A stretch of 59,974 nt of DNA, filler included, from Hausera hauseri (Eukaryota): assembly GCA_046269625.1 (NCBI GenBank). It is 12 parts of 12 records of this genome, joined end to end, with 100 filler letters (N's around TTAATTAATTAA, not from the genome) between each part and the next. Parts side by side here need not be neighbours in the genome. Positions count along the whole stretch, not along the records: positions 21,537 to 25,561 come from JBJURY010810420.1; positions 25,662 to 29,938 come from JBJURY010662441.1; positions 30,039 to 34,053 come from JBJURY010818419.1; positions 34,154 to 39,909 come from JBJURY010194082.1; 8 more parts are not named here. The stretch is one strand, 5' to 3'. The notes below the pieces were generated by a model. The model ran no database searches and was not told the DNA's origin. It saw only the letters and a program-made list of their open reading frames with translations. This document shows positions 25,516 through 36,436 of the stretch, piece after piece (position 1 is the stretch's first letter; every line of letters starts with the position of its first letter). The position numbers were made by a program, and so were the translations under genes.

Positions 25516-25661
25516 TAAGTCTATTGAGTCAGAATATAGTCGTCATCATCATCTTCAGGTGNNNNNNNNNNNNNNNNNNNNNNNNNNNNNNNNNNNNNNN
25601 NNNNNTTAATTAATTAANNNNNNNNNNNNNNNNNNNNNNNNNNNNNNNNNNNNNNNNNNNN

Positions 25662-26200
25662 ATTTCTTAGGCAAACATGGGGTTACAAAAGGCCCATCCT
25701 GGAGAAATGTAAGAATATTTATAATGTTTTCCTACAGCAACATTAAAGTATATGGAATGGTTTCTAAAAGATACGCAGAACGTCAGTTGTTGTACAAGAA
25801 ATATTGGTAGATTTTTGGAAGAAATTTTTATGAAAATAACTTTTATAACATTTATGCTAATTTAAAATAATTAAAAACAACAAACAACTTTAAAATCAAT
25901 AACTTATAGAATTCACTCTCATATAATTCATTTCCAATGAAGGTATGATTATGAATAATTATGATACGCGCCTACTACATTTTTTCGGTAGAAGCTCTGA
26001 TTTGAATCTCACAGAGTATTTATGGACTTCTATTAAATGCAAATCAATCAATATTTTGTAATATAGATGTTCAATGGGAAGATAAGATGGTCAAAGTTCT
26101 ATGGGCTTTAATTTCGCTTGTCTTGTTCAAATATTTGTTGATGCCATACCGATGAGAGTTCAAACAGAGATTACGTCACAAAGTAGAAAAACCTGTCATT
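25662..26200 (+). mobile_element. Highly decayed Tc1/mariner transposase remnant
   Basis: SSDLNLTEYLW (SPDLNPIENLW-like) at ~25995 and a C-terminal VDAIPMRVQTEI..RKTCH* (LVESMPRRVQAVI-like). Confidence 0.55.
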
Positions 26201-26260
26201 AATTTTTGTGCAATTTCTTATGTTAACAGATACTTTGTATTATGTTTTATAAATATTTGC

Positions 26261-28425
26261 TTAACGCTCATCCTAACCCTCACTGACATGTTTACTATAC
26301 GTTATTTACCATCTGGGGTCCGAAAGGAACCCATTTTCGATCTGCTTGGTCAATTTATTTTCATTTTGATATATAGAATGTCATCAATAACTATTTAAAC
26401 CAACATGATAGGCTTTCGAATTATTGAATTCTGCTGAAATCGTCATAAAATGAGATAATAAAAACTAATTAAGCTGCATTATAGATTTGTAATTAAGGCT
26501 TCCGAACAGTTCAGTTGTGCTGGCTATAGGCCTAATGTTTTATTGTTTCAACGGAAAGTGCTTCTCAGTCTCATTGCGCTTGCTGGCACTCATCTCAGAC
26601 AATTTGTATCTGACCATGTAGTGGGCAAATTGACTTCATGCACGCTGTGCACACCCTGAAAACCTTTTTGTCTTCATTTCTAAGACAGGCTGTATCGACG
26701 TTTCTTGTTGGAATTTGTTGAAGACTGAGTTGGTATCATGTTATGCTCACCGCCAAACTATTTTATCGACTGCCTGATTGAAAAGTGCAACGTTGGAACA
26801 GATGATCTCCATTTTATTTGTGGCATAATCAAGGAGTAGCCAAGTTCTCTGATATATATCACCCGCCGTCGTTTGCCTTCCGAAGCTTTACACTCATGAT
26901 TAATGCACAACAAAACAATGAATGCTGAAATTGCAGCTACATCAAAGATGTCAAAAAACGGCACTATTGGCCACCTGTTCACCTTCCTTCTGCACGTGTA
27001 CACGGTTGCAAGATGATCCACATTATCACTCCACGTTTAGTGGAATTGTAATGCATAATTATTTTTGTTTTTTTTCGCATCTACATTGACAGTTGTGTCG
27101 TGATGCATGGATGACAGAGCAATCATAAATCGCTACACATAAATCGTAGCCAGATATGTAGTACTTTGGTAGCTGTTCCGTGAACAAGGTACAAATATCT
27201 CTTATGAGAGCAAGCTTCTTAGTCATTTATCGTTCAGCGCGACTTCCTTTGTCATCAAATCTCATGTACTTGAATATATTAGTGAATCAATTGCGTAACG
27301 TAGTTTCAGTGAACACCGGTCTGCCTTCTTTTTCTGACCACAAAGTAGAAACAGACTAATGGTTGGTGCGGTATGCGTCAGTAAGCATGCAGAGGCCAAT
27401 TAAAGTCTTAATTTCGTCGCCATCTACAGGATTCCAGTCACCACACAACTTTTCAGGATTGACTTTATTCCATGCCATAATGCGCGTCCTGTCTTCTTGA
27501 TTTGTCTGCAGGACAATGTTATTTACCATGTCATCTGTGATGAATAAGTGAAATGTATCAACCAGACTCTTGTCATTACTACGAGCCAATGCAGTAATGC
27601 CTGGTACCTGCCGAATGATATCTTGTTCATGGCGACAGCCTGTAGTATGCGGATTGCAGTTCCAAGTGAATTTATCTTTATCAAGAGATGATTGATTTGT
27701 CAAATTAGCTGTTGCTTGATCTCTGCTGCCCTCACTGCTTAGTTGGCGTCCACGACAACGACTGCGACCACGACTTCTACCTCTAATCGATTGTCCCCTG
27801 CTTCTACCAGTAGCTGAAACTTCTTCAACATCAACATTTTCCTGCCATGGCAAATTGGGAGCCACGTTACCTTCATTTGAGTCTACTTCAGTTTCAACAT
27901 CACTGTGGTTCGGAAACTTCAGAAATTTTATCTTCATACTCAGTTCCGGAGTCTTCTGAATTACCATTTTCGTCCGAGTCACTTTCGTTCGAAAACATTT
28001 TAACAACTTGTGTAGTAGTAAATATGGTCATTCATTTTCTCAAGGTTTGATTCATGATCTGCAAAGAAAGCAGCATAGAAAAACAATATAACTTCAATAA
28101 TTCAAGATAGTTTAGAGAAAAATCATTTTTGTTATCAGTACCATTCAATACCGAACTACTGCAAGATTTTTTGGCCAAAAATTACTGAAAAACATTTCAA
28201 ATAGTAAATTTTATTCTTACAGAGTGTGAACAGCAAGCGACTGTCCGACACAGCTACAAAGGCACGAGCGAACGGTATTCAGCTTTGGGATCTTTTTGGA
28301 TCCCAGAAGAAAAACTTTATTTAAATTTCTGATTGGAAAAATAAACCACATACATGACGTAAGAGAATCTAGCAGACAAACTCCTAGAACGCCATAACGT
28401 CAAACACAATAGCTAAAGAGGTTAT
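26261..28425 (-). mobile_element. piggyBac (PGBD4-like) DNA transposon, internally deleted and decayed
   Basis: FHLFITDDMVNNIVLQTN..EIKTLIGL; HYNSTKRGV; YTCRRKVNRWP..FDIFDVAAISAF; C-terminal CTACMKSICPLH. Subterminal inverted repeats tctggggtccgaaaggaaccca (~26312) and tgggatctttttggatcccaga (~28286) match at 18/22. Ends are approximate. Confidence 0.85.
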
Positions 28426-29774
28426 ACGCGTGGGGTCTGGTGACAGAAACTTCAGTTATTACAATTTCGACAGCTGCGTACTTTGTTTTGTGTCTCAGTG
28501 TAAATAAATAAGCATCAAATACTGAAAATATTGGACTTTTTGCTGTTTGCTAGAGAATTTATTGACCAAAAGTTAAATGTTCGGTACAATACTGTTTTCT
28601 TTGTACACAAACGTTTTATCCGGTGCCTTCGACTTTATTCAATTAGGAACTGTGTATAGATCTGTGTTGACGTAAAAAGAAAATGCAACCGAAGCCATTA
28701 AAGCTTTACCTCAAAATATACGACTATAGTGGAATTTCATTCAATGTGTAATTTATGTTAATTATGAGTGCATCCATCTGAATTATCGAGATCGAATTTT
28801 TGTCATCAGAAAAAGTATCATTCAATTTAGAAGTATAATGTATGTACCATCTTACGAAATTCAATCTTGCATATGACACGGTTTTAGAATAGGAACATCG
28901 ATATTTTCTGATACCTCAGTTGACCGCAAACATTTAAAATATATTCTTGCTTCGAACTAGACAAATCTAGTTCTTTTATAATATACTACGATAAAATTCT
29001 TTTACTTCTCTTCTTATTCTTGGAACCATGGTTTCGTTTATCAAGCCCATTATAGATTATCATATGTTAATTATCAGTAATAATTTGTTATTCTGATTTC
29101 ATATTTGTAAATTATCTTTTTTTTTATCCATAATTTTTTTAGCTATTAATAAAGTTGTTATAGTAATACAATGCGTCCTAAAACTGTCGTAATATCTAAC
29201 ATTGTACTCATTCATCGAATGTAACTACTCTGGGACATACTGTTTTACTACTACAAATGTAAATTAATATCTAATAAATTTCTAAATAAGAGCAAAAATA
29301 ATTTACGTATATGAAATAAGCATAAAAATTACGTACAAATCAGCATACGAATTTTCAATAAAATCTGTTCTTAGAAGTAAACTAGTGTCCTTTTAAGATA
29401 AAATAGTATTCAAATAAATTGTATTTCTTTTAAGTATATAATAATAAACATAACGGTTGTTGACGTATTATAATAATTGTTAAAGTTTTCTGAAATCAAA
29501 CACGTTTGTGGCATACATGGGATTGAAAAATCGCATTCTGAATAGTAAATGAGAAAGCAACATATAGGTTAAGATTTCTAACATAAAATATAATTGGTTG
29601 TTATATTGTTCATATCACTTTGACGCATCTTTAGTAGTGAATTTTAGCTGACACGTTTCTTTGTGTTCTGAATTTATTAAAATTTGTTCAATTTGCATTA
29701 GTAGTGTGAAAATGGTGGTTCGGTCCCACCCCCAGGGGCGGGGGTAATCGATAAATCGAGTTTTCACATGTACC

Positions 29775-29900
29775 GATCGATAGTGAACGCGGTGCACTAT
29801 CGATCTAAAAAGTGCCTAGCAACGGTTCCGCTAGGTACCGTTGCTATGCACATTTTTGCACTTTCACAAATCGATCGCTGCACAGTGCAGTATTGATCGA
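29775..29900. repeat. Cluster of three adjacent DNA hairpins
   Basis: gatcgatagtg/cactatcgatc (29775-29805), aaaaagtgcctagcaacggt/accgttgctatgcacattttt (29807-29857), and ctgcac/gtgcag flanked by cgatcg-like arms. Confidence 0.85.
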
Positions 29901-32312
29901 ATCGATCGGGACAAAGTGCTAATCGATAGTGCACATCANNNNNNNNNNNNNNNNNNNNNNNNNNNNNNNNNNNNNNNNNNNNTTAATTAATTAANNNNNN
30001 NNNNNNNNNNNNNNNNNNNNNNNNNNNNNNNNNNNNNNTAGTTTAAACTTATCGCAGTCGTAAACGGTAACAGCGCTTATGTGCTTAATTAGCATCATCA
30101 AAGTGAGTAAGCTGATTAACCAATTTGATTCATTTTTCCGGTAGCCAACATGCGTCGTTGTTAAAATACGTAACATATCGTTGAGTTTATTGCTAGCTTG
30201 TCTGCCCTCTTCCTTATCAAAGTCTTTACCAATTTACTTCGCGAGACAATTTTCTTGCTGCTTTTCGTGTTAAATATATAGCTCTATTAATTTTATTCTC
30301 CGATTAGGGTTTATTTTGATAGCTAAGTATAGTAATACTTTTCTTAATTCCTCATTGGTGTTTTCTACCATGATCTTTTCGATTACTGATTCGTCGGTTA
30401 AGTTACTTTTTAAGTTTTTTAAGTTACTTTTTTTAAAGTTAAAACGTGAACTTCGCATCATTTTGGCTGCATCGTATATTATTCTCTCTTTATCATCTAA
30501 TACATCTCCTCGGAGGCTCGAATAATTTACAATTCGTATTAAATTTTTCATTAACTCGCTTAATTCCTCATTATCTATATTGCGAGTAGGAATCGACATC
30601 TGCCACAGTTCTTTAATCAACTCTCCATTATAGTCCACTTCTTCTCGTGTTTGCTTCGGCCTACCTAATAGACGTTTCGGTCTTGGACCTTTAGTGGTTA
30701 TTTCAGTCAGTGGTACTAAATTTATGTCATATTGTTCCTTATCTTAATCTAGCTTCCTCTTTTGTCTGTTTATTAGCTATTACTGCTACTATCCGATTCG
30801 TTTCGTTTGGGATAATTCCAACATTTATTAGTTGCTCCAGGTCGTCGAGTATTCTACCTCTAAAGTAAAATCTATAATTTAACTCGTTTGTTCAGCCATT
30901 ATTTAATAACCATTCCCTTACATCCTTTACATGGGAATATGTAGTCAACTCACATTCTTTTTCGTCCATCCATTCGGACGATACCATTACTTTCATCGAT
31001 ACCTCAGGTTTAGCCTTCAAGATTTTAGCGTATTTCCTTATCAAAAGTTTCTACACCGGGCTATAAATCGTATTCTCACTAGATAATTTAGTTAAGGTCG
31101 GAATAAGTTGTCTTAACTTACTTTCAATAATATTTACGTTGATTAGTTTAATTAAATCTTTTTCAGTTAGCGCCGAATCCAGAAGCATTTTCATATTGAA
31201 TATCCTGTCCTGCGGACATGTTTCTATCTTGTTTAGTTGCACTGGAATCACGGATTTTTCGGCAAGTATTGTGTCGAAGTATGCATCCCATTCGGGTTCA
31301 TTTCCAGCATCTGGAAGTCTGTAATCCACCAAGACTGTATTCGTTCTTTACACATTTTCTCTAATTTTCTTCAATCTTGGTTGTATTTCTTTTGTCTGCG
31401 TGGTTCGGAAACCTATGCCGTTTCAACAGGCATACTAAATCGATGAATCCTTTTTGGTGATAATCTGTTAGTTCAATAATTACATCTCTGCCATCTTTCC
31501 ACAAATTCTCGTTTATTTTTGATCTTTGATTCAGTAAAAGCATATTTGTTTTGGTAAACTTCGAGCTCTATCGTTAGTTAATCTAACCTTGTTGCTCGTT
31601 GTTTTGTTTTAATACATATTTCTTCCTCGCTAGTGGGGAGTGGGCAAATCTCGTTAATTTCATTGATTGACTCTGTAGGTTCTTTTACCTCGATAGGTAT
31701 GAATGGACCAATTTCTGGTGTATCTAGGTTATGTTCCACGTCGCTTTATACACTGGAGTTCTAATTTTTCGTTTCTGCTATTTTCTCTCTGGTTACTTGT
31801 AAGCGTGAACGGCATCTACGTTTTGTTTTTAATAAGGGGCTACGGCCTCTATTTTTCGTAATTTTAAGTGTTAACGGCTGTATAAATTTTTTTTCTGCTG
31901 TATCATTGTCGGTAGGCTCATCTACCTTTTTAATCGTAAACTCATGTTCTGCATCTAAGTCGACTTCTGTCTAAGGTCTCGGTTTATGAGTTATTTTATT
32001 ACTTGTCAGAACACTCTTTTTTCGTGTCATATCAATTCGCTTGGGTGCTATCGCATGCTCATATTCAGTTTGTGGTTCTTTTAAATCGTGATACACTTCT
32101 AATAGTCTTAACTTATCTCCATATTCTTTTCTAGCCATCAGAATTTGTGGGATAATAGTTTCAGACTGAGTAGCTAGAAAGTTTCGTAAGTCTTGTATAT
32201 CGATGATATTACCTGTGTCTCCACGAATACCATACTTTGCTTCTAAGTTTTCGTTAGTTCTGATAATACTAGTCTTATTTGGTTCGGTAAACGAAACGCT
32301 ACGTGGATTTGG

Positions 32313-33321
32313 ACAAGACCTTGAAATGTGCCCTTCTTTTCCGCAAGTGAAACAAACTAAATTTCCATTTCTGCCGACTCTTTGTGACCGTCTTCGTTCA
32401 CCGGTGACTTAGGCCTATTCGCACTTTTATTGCACGGGTTCTGTGTACTTTCTGCGTTCCTTCGGTTATCCTTATTTCGATTTTCCTCATCACGATTTGA
32501 ATAGTTCGAGCTTTGGTAGTTCCCTCTATACGAGTTAAAGTTTGGCCTGTTCATATTTCGGTCATTAGGGTTTCGCTTAGTTCTGTAGTCGTAATTGTTA
32601 TTTCTATTCGCCTAATTTCTATTTCCATTAAATCGTCTGTTATTTTTTCCACGACTGTCATTTTGATTTCTATCGTTACGGTCATTTCGATCATTATTTC
32701 TCAGTGTCTGGCATATCTATCGAGTGCCATTTCTAAATCTTAAGCTAATTGTAGAGTTCCTTCAAAATTCTCAGGTCTAAACAAAATCAATTGTTTAACT
32801 AAATCTCGTGACCAAATACCATGGATTAATTGGGTCGTCATCATAACATCTAGGTCTGGCAGCATTGCCTTTTCTGCGGCGTCGCGTTCCGCATCTGTTT
32901 TGGCTCTAGCCACACTGGCTATCCTCAAAGTGTTTATATAACTGTCAGCAAGTTTCTTCAACGCAAATGCGAACTGGGTTACCAATTCACCTTTTTGTTG
33001 TACTCTATTTTGAAATGCCAGAAGCTTCTGTTGTGGCGTTACTGTCGGGAATAATTTACGATTCAGGGCTCCTACCAGGGAGGACCAAGATTACTTCTTA
33101 TCATTACTGAGTTCACTATAAACGTCAGCAGCTAAATTTTTCAAATATAATGACAAACGTTTAATCATCACTTCAGGAGTAAGGCCAGCACCTGCATGCA
33201 ATTTATAAGTTCTCAAGAATTCAATATGCCCGTCCGGGTCACCATCATATGCCGACAGGTTCAGAGAATCAAAGGTAAAGATGTCCAATTTTTGCGTTAC
33301 TGGTGGGTTATTTGCTGCCAT
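32313..33321 (-). pseudogene. gag: Gag (Ty3-type capsid plus CCHC knuckle)
   Basis: AYDGDP..EFLRTY..RLSLYLKNLAADVYSEL..SWSSLVGAL..FQNRVQQKGELVTQFAFALKKLA, and CFTCGKEGHISRSC at 32313-32354. In-frame stops. Confidence 0.85.
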
Positions 33322-33701
33322 ATTAGTTGCGTAATTTATCTCTAAATTTACTTTGTTAATTTTATGCTTCTCAAGTGGGATTTTAAATTGCTCGTTTTGT
33401 TCAGTGACGTCTAACTCGGTTCTATTTTCTGAATTTGAACGTTTATCTAGTTTCTGTGTGTCTATATATATTTTTCTACGTGTTTGACGTATGGGTGAAT
33501 TATCTTTAAATACACGGTTTGCTTTGGACTTATCAATATTTGTTCTCACTTAAAATCAACGTTATTTATCCCCGTTCAATAGCCTATATACCCAATTTAA
33601 TTTTTGATTCCAACTATATCAAATTATTCGATGTAATGGCGCTATTCGTCGGTATGTAATTATTTAACTCTCAAAAAGTAAAGTCTAGCGAGGTACAAAC
33701 T

Positions 33702-33719
33702 GTCCTGCTAGGGTCACCA
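33702..33719 (-). promoter_or_regulatory. Primer-binding site (tRNA 3' complement)
   Basis: An 18-mer starting TGG lies 2 nt after a terminal CA and upstream of gag. The implied tRNA end GUCCUGC-UAGGGUC-A-CCA has an Arg-like T-arm, but tRNA identity is not established. Confidence 0.7.
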
Positions 33720-34153
33720 AATGTTATATATTAAGGTGACCCTTATTCAACTCCCGCTATATAACAATAATTACACTTGAAATTAAATATGTAAATGCAG
33801 GTCGGTCTATCCTTATTGAATAGACAGAATGTACAATAACAATTATTTCAATTAATAATGCTGGTACTGCTTGCGGTCCTGTGTAGATGTTTAATAAAAT
33901 CGCCTCTTAACTATATAATTTTAGTAGTGATTTTACCCTTAATGAAGTCAAATCGCTTTTAAGAAGCGATGAGAAAACTATATGCAATTTAGAACAACAA
34001 GAATCACCAATATACCTTTAATCTCAACAGTGATACAAGTCTCGTCAATCGATNNNNNNNNNNNNNNNNNNNNNNNNNNNNNNNNNNNNNNNNNNNNTTA
34101 ATTAATTAANNNNNNNNNNNNNNNNNNNNNNNNNNNNNNNNNNNNNNNNNNNN

Positions 34154-36282
34154 GGGAATGGTGCAGAAGTGTCGATATTTGAACGTATGGGAATTGTACC
34201 GTTGTTTCGATATGTGAATGTAGGGGAATGGTGAAGAAGTGTCGGTTCTTGAACGTAACGCAATGGGGTGCTTCTGTCGATATTTTATTGTAATGGAATG
34301 ATGGAGAAGTGTCGATATTTGAATGTAGGGAATGGTGCGGTTATGTTGATATTTGAATGTAGGGAATGGTGCAGTTGTGTCTATATTTGAATGTAGAGAA
34401 TAGTGCAGAATTATCGGTATATGGATGTAGGGAATGCTGCAGTTGTGTCCATATTTGAGTGTATGGAAAGGTGCAGAAGTGCCGATATTTGAATGTGCGG
34501 ATGGGTGCATATGTGTCGATATTTGAATTCAGGGAATTGTGCAGTTTTGTCGATATTTGGATGTAGGGGAGTAGTGCAGAAGTGTCCATATTTGAATGCG
34601 GGGCGGGGTGCAGAATTGCCGATATTTGAATGTAGGGGAATAGTGCAGAAATTTCGGTATTTGGATATAGAGAATGGTACAGAAATGTCGATATTTGAAT
34701 GTAGAGAATAGTGCAGAAGTGTCGATATTTGAATGTAGCCAATGGTTTAGTTGTGTCGATATTTGAATTCAAGGGAAATTTGCAGTTTTGTCGATATTTC
34801 AATGTAGGGAATGGTGCAGATGTGTCGATATTTGAATGTAGTGGAAGAGTCCCTTTGTGTCGATATTTGAATATAGTGGTATGGTTGAGAAGTGGCGATT
34901 TTTGAATGTAGGGGAATGGTGCAGAAGTGTCGATATTTGAACGTATGGGAATTGTACCGTTGTTTCGATATGTGAATGTAGGGGAATGATGAAGAAGTGT
35001 CGCTCCTTGAACGTAACGTAATGGGGCGCTTGTGTCGATATTTCAATGTAGGGGAATGGTGCAGTTGTGTCGATATTTTATTGTAATGGAATGGTGTGGA
35101 AGTGTCGATATTTGAATGTAGGGAATGGTGCAGAAGTGTCCATATTTGAATGTAGGGAATGGTGCTGTTATGTCGATATTTGAATGTAGGGGAATGGTGC
35201 ACATGTGTAGGTATTTGAATGTAGGGGAGTGGTGCAGAATTGTCCATATTTGAATGTATGGAATGGTGCCGTTGTGTCGATATTTGAATGTAGGGGAATG
35301 GCGCAGAAGTGTCGATATTTGAATGTAGCGGAATGGTGTAGAAGTGTCTATGTTTGAATGTAGGGAATAGTGCAGAATTATCGGTATTTGGATGTAGGGA
35401 ATGCTGCAGTTTTGTCGATATTTGAATGTATGGAATTGTGCGGAAGTGTTGATATTTGAATGTTGGGAATGGTGCAGAAGTGTCTATATTCGAATGTAAG
35501 GGAATAGTGCGGAAGTGTCGATATTTGAACGTTGGTAATGTTACATAAGTGCCGATATTTGAATGTATGGTAGTAGTGCAGAAGTGTCGATATTTAAATG
35601 TGGAGGAATAGAGCACAAGTGTCGGTATTTGAATGTAGGAGTATGGTGCAGTTGCCTCGATATTTGACTGTATGGGAATTGTACCGTTGTTTCGATATGT
35701 GAATTTAGGGGAATGGTGAAGAAGTGTTGGTACTTGAACGTAACGTAATGAGGCGCTTGTGTCGATATTTGAATGTAGGGGAATGGTGTAGTTGTGTCGA
35801 TATTTGAATGTAGGAAATGGTGTAGATGTGCGGTATTTGAATATGGGATGGGTGCAGTTGTGTCGATATTTGAATTCAGCGGAATGGTGCAATTTTGTCG
35901 ATATTTTAATGTAGGGAATGATGCAGATGTGTCGATATTTGAATGTAAGTGTGTAGTGCAGATGTGTCCAAATTTTAATGTGGGGAATAGTGCCGTTGTG
36001 GCGATATTTGAATTCAGGAGAATGGTGTCGATGTGTCTATATCTGAATGTAAAGGAATGGTGCATTTGTGTCGATTTTTGAATGTAGGGAATGGTTCCGT
36101 TGTGTCGATATTTGAATATAGGAGAATGGTGCAGATTTGTCGATATTTGAACCTATGGGCATAGTACTGTTGTGTCGGTATTTGAATGTAGGTGTGTAGT
36201 GCAGAAGTGTCGATATTTGAATGTAGTTGAATAGTGCGGATGTGTTGATATTTGAATGTAGGTAAATAGTGCAGAAGTGTCT
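34154..36282. repeat. Diverged tandem satellite, ~32-33 bp monomer (consensus approximately gtgtcgatatttgaatgtagggaatggtgcagaa)
   Basis: About 65 contiguous imperfect monomers running off the contig start, with higher-order periodicity of ~730-760 bp. Confidence 0.95.
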
Positions 36283-36436
36283 GTTCTCCATATTAATCGT
36301 GCGCGTGTATCATTTTTTCTACTTTTTGACTCACTCGCGAATCACATCGATTTTTCTCCGCGTGGTGAAGTTTGTTGCTGTGTTCGCATCCCTCTACTTC
36401 TATTGCTGTTGAACTTATTATCTCTTTTTATATTAG

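Larger units (their letters stand above)
30039..34053 (-). mobile_element. LTR element (family B): partial 5' LTR, PBS, gag, unknown ORF and env-like start
   Basis: LTR end ..AACA at 33722, then TT and TGGTGACCCTAGCAGGAC; retrotransposon capsid-type gag; CCHC knuckle; no RT motifs downstream. Confidence 0.75.

Noticed and set aside
34154-36282. CRISPR array
   Set aside because: Monomers abut with no unique spacers, the variable parts are homologous to each other, there are no cas genes, and the context is eukaryotic.
34106-36291. Long repetitive ORFs (FKYRH/YIQIST/HSNIDT, up to 381 aa)
   Set aside because: These are translations of a stop-poor satellite strand. All three frames are open in turn and monomer length is not kept at a multiple of 3.
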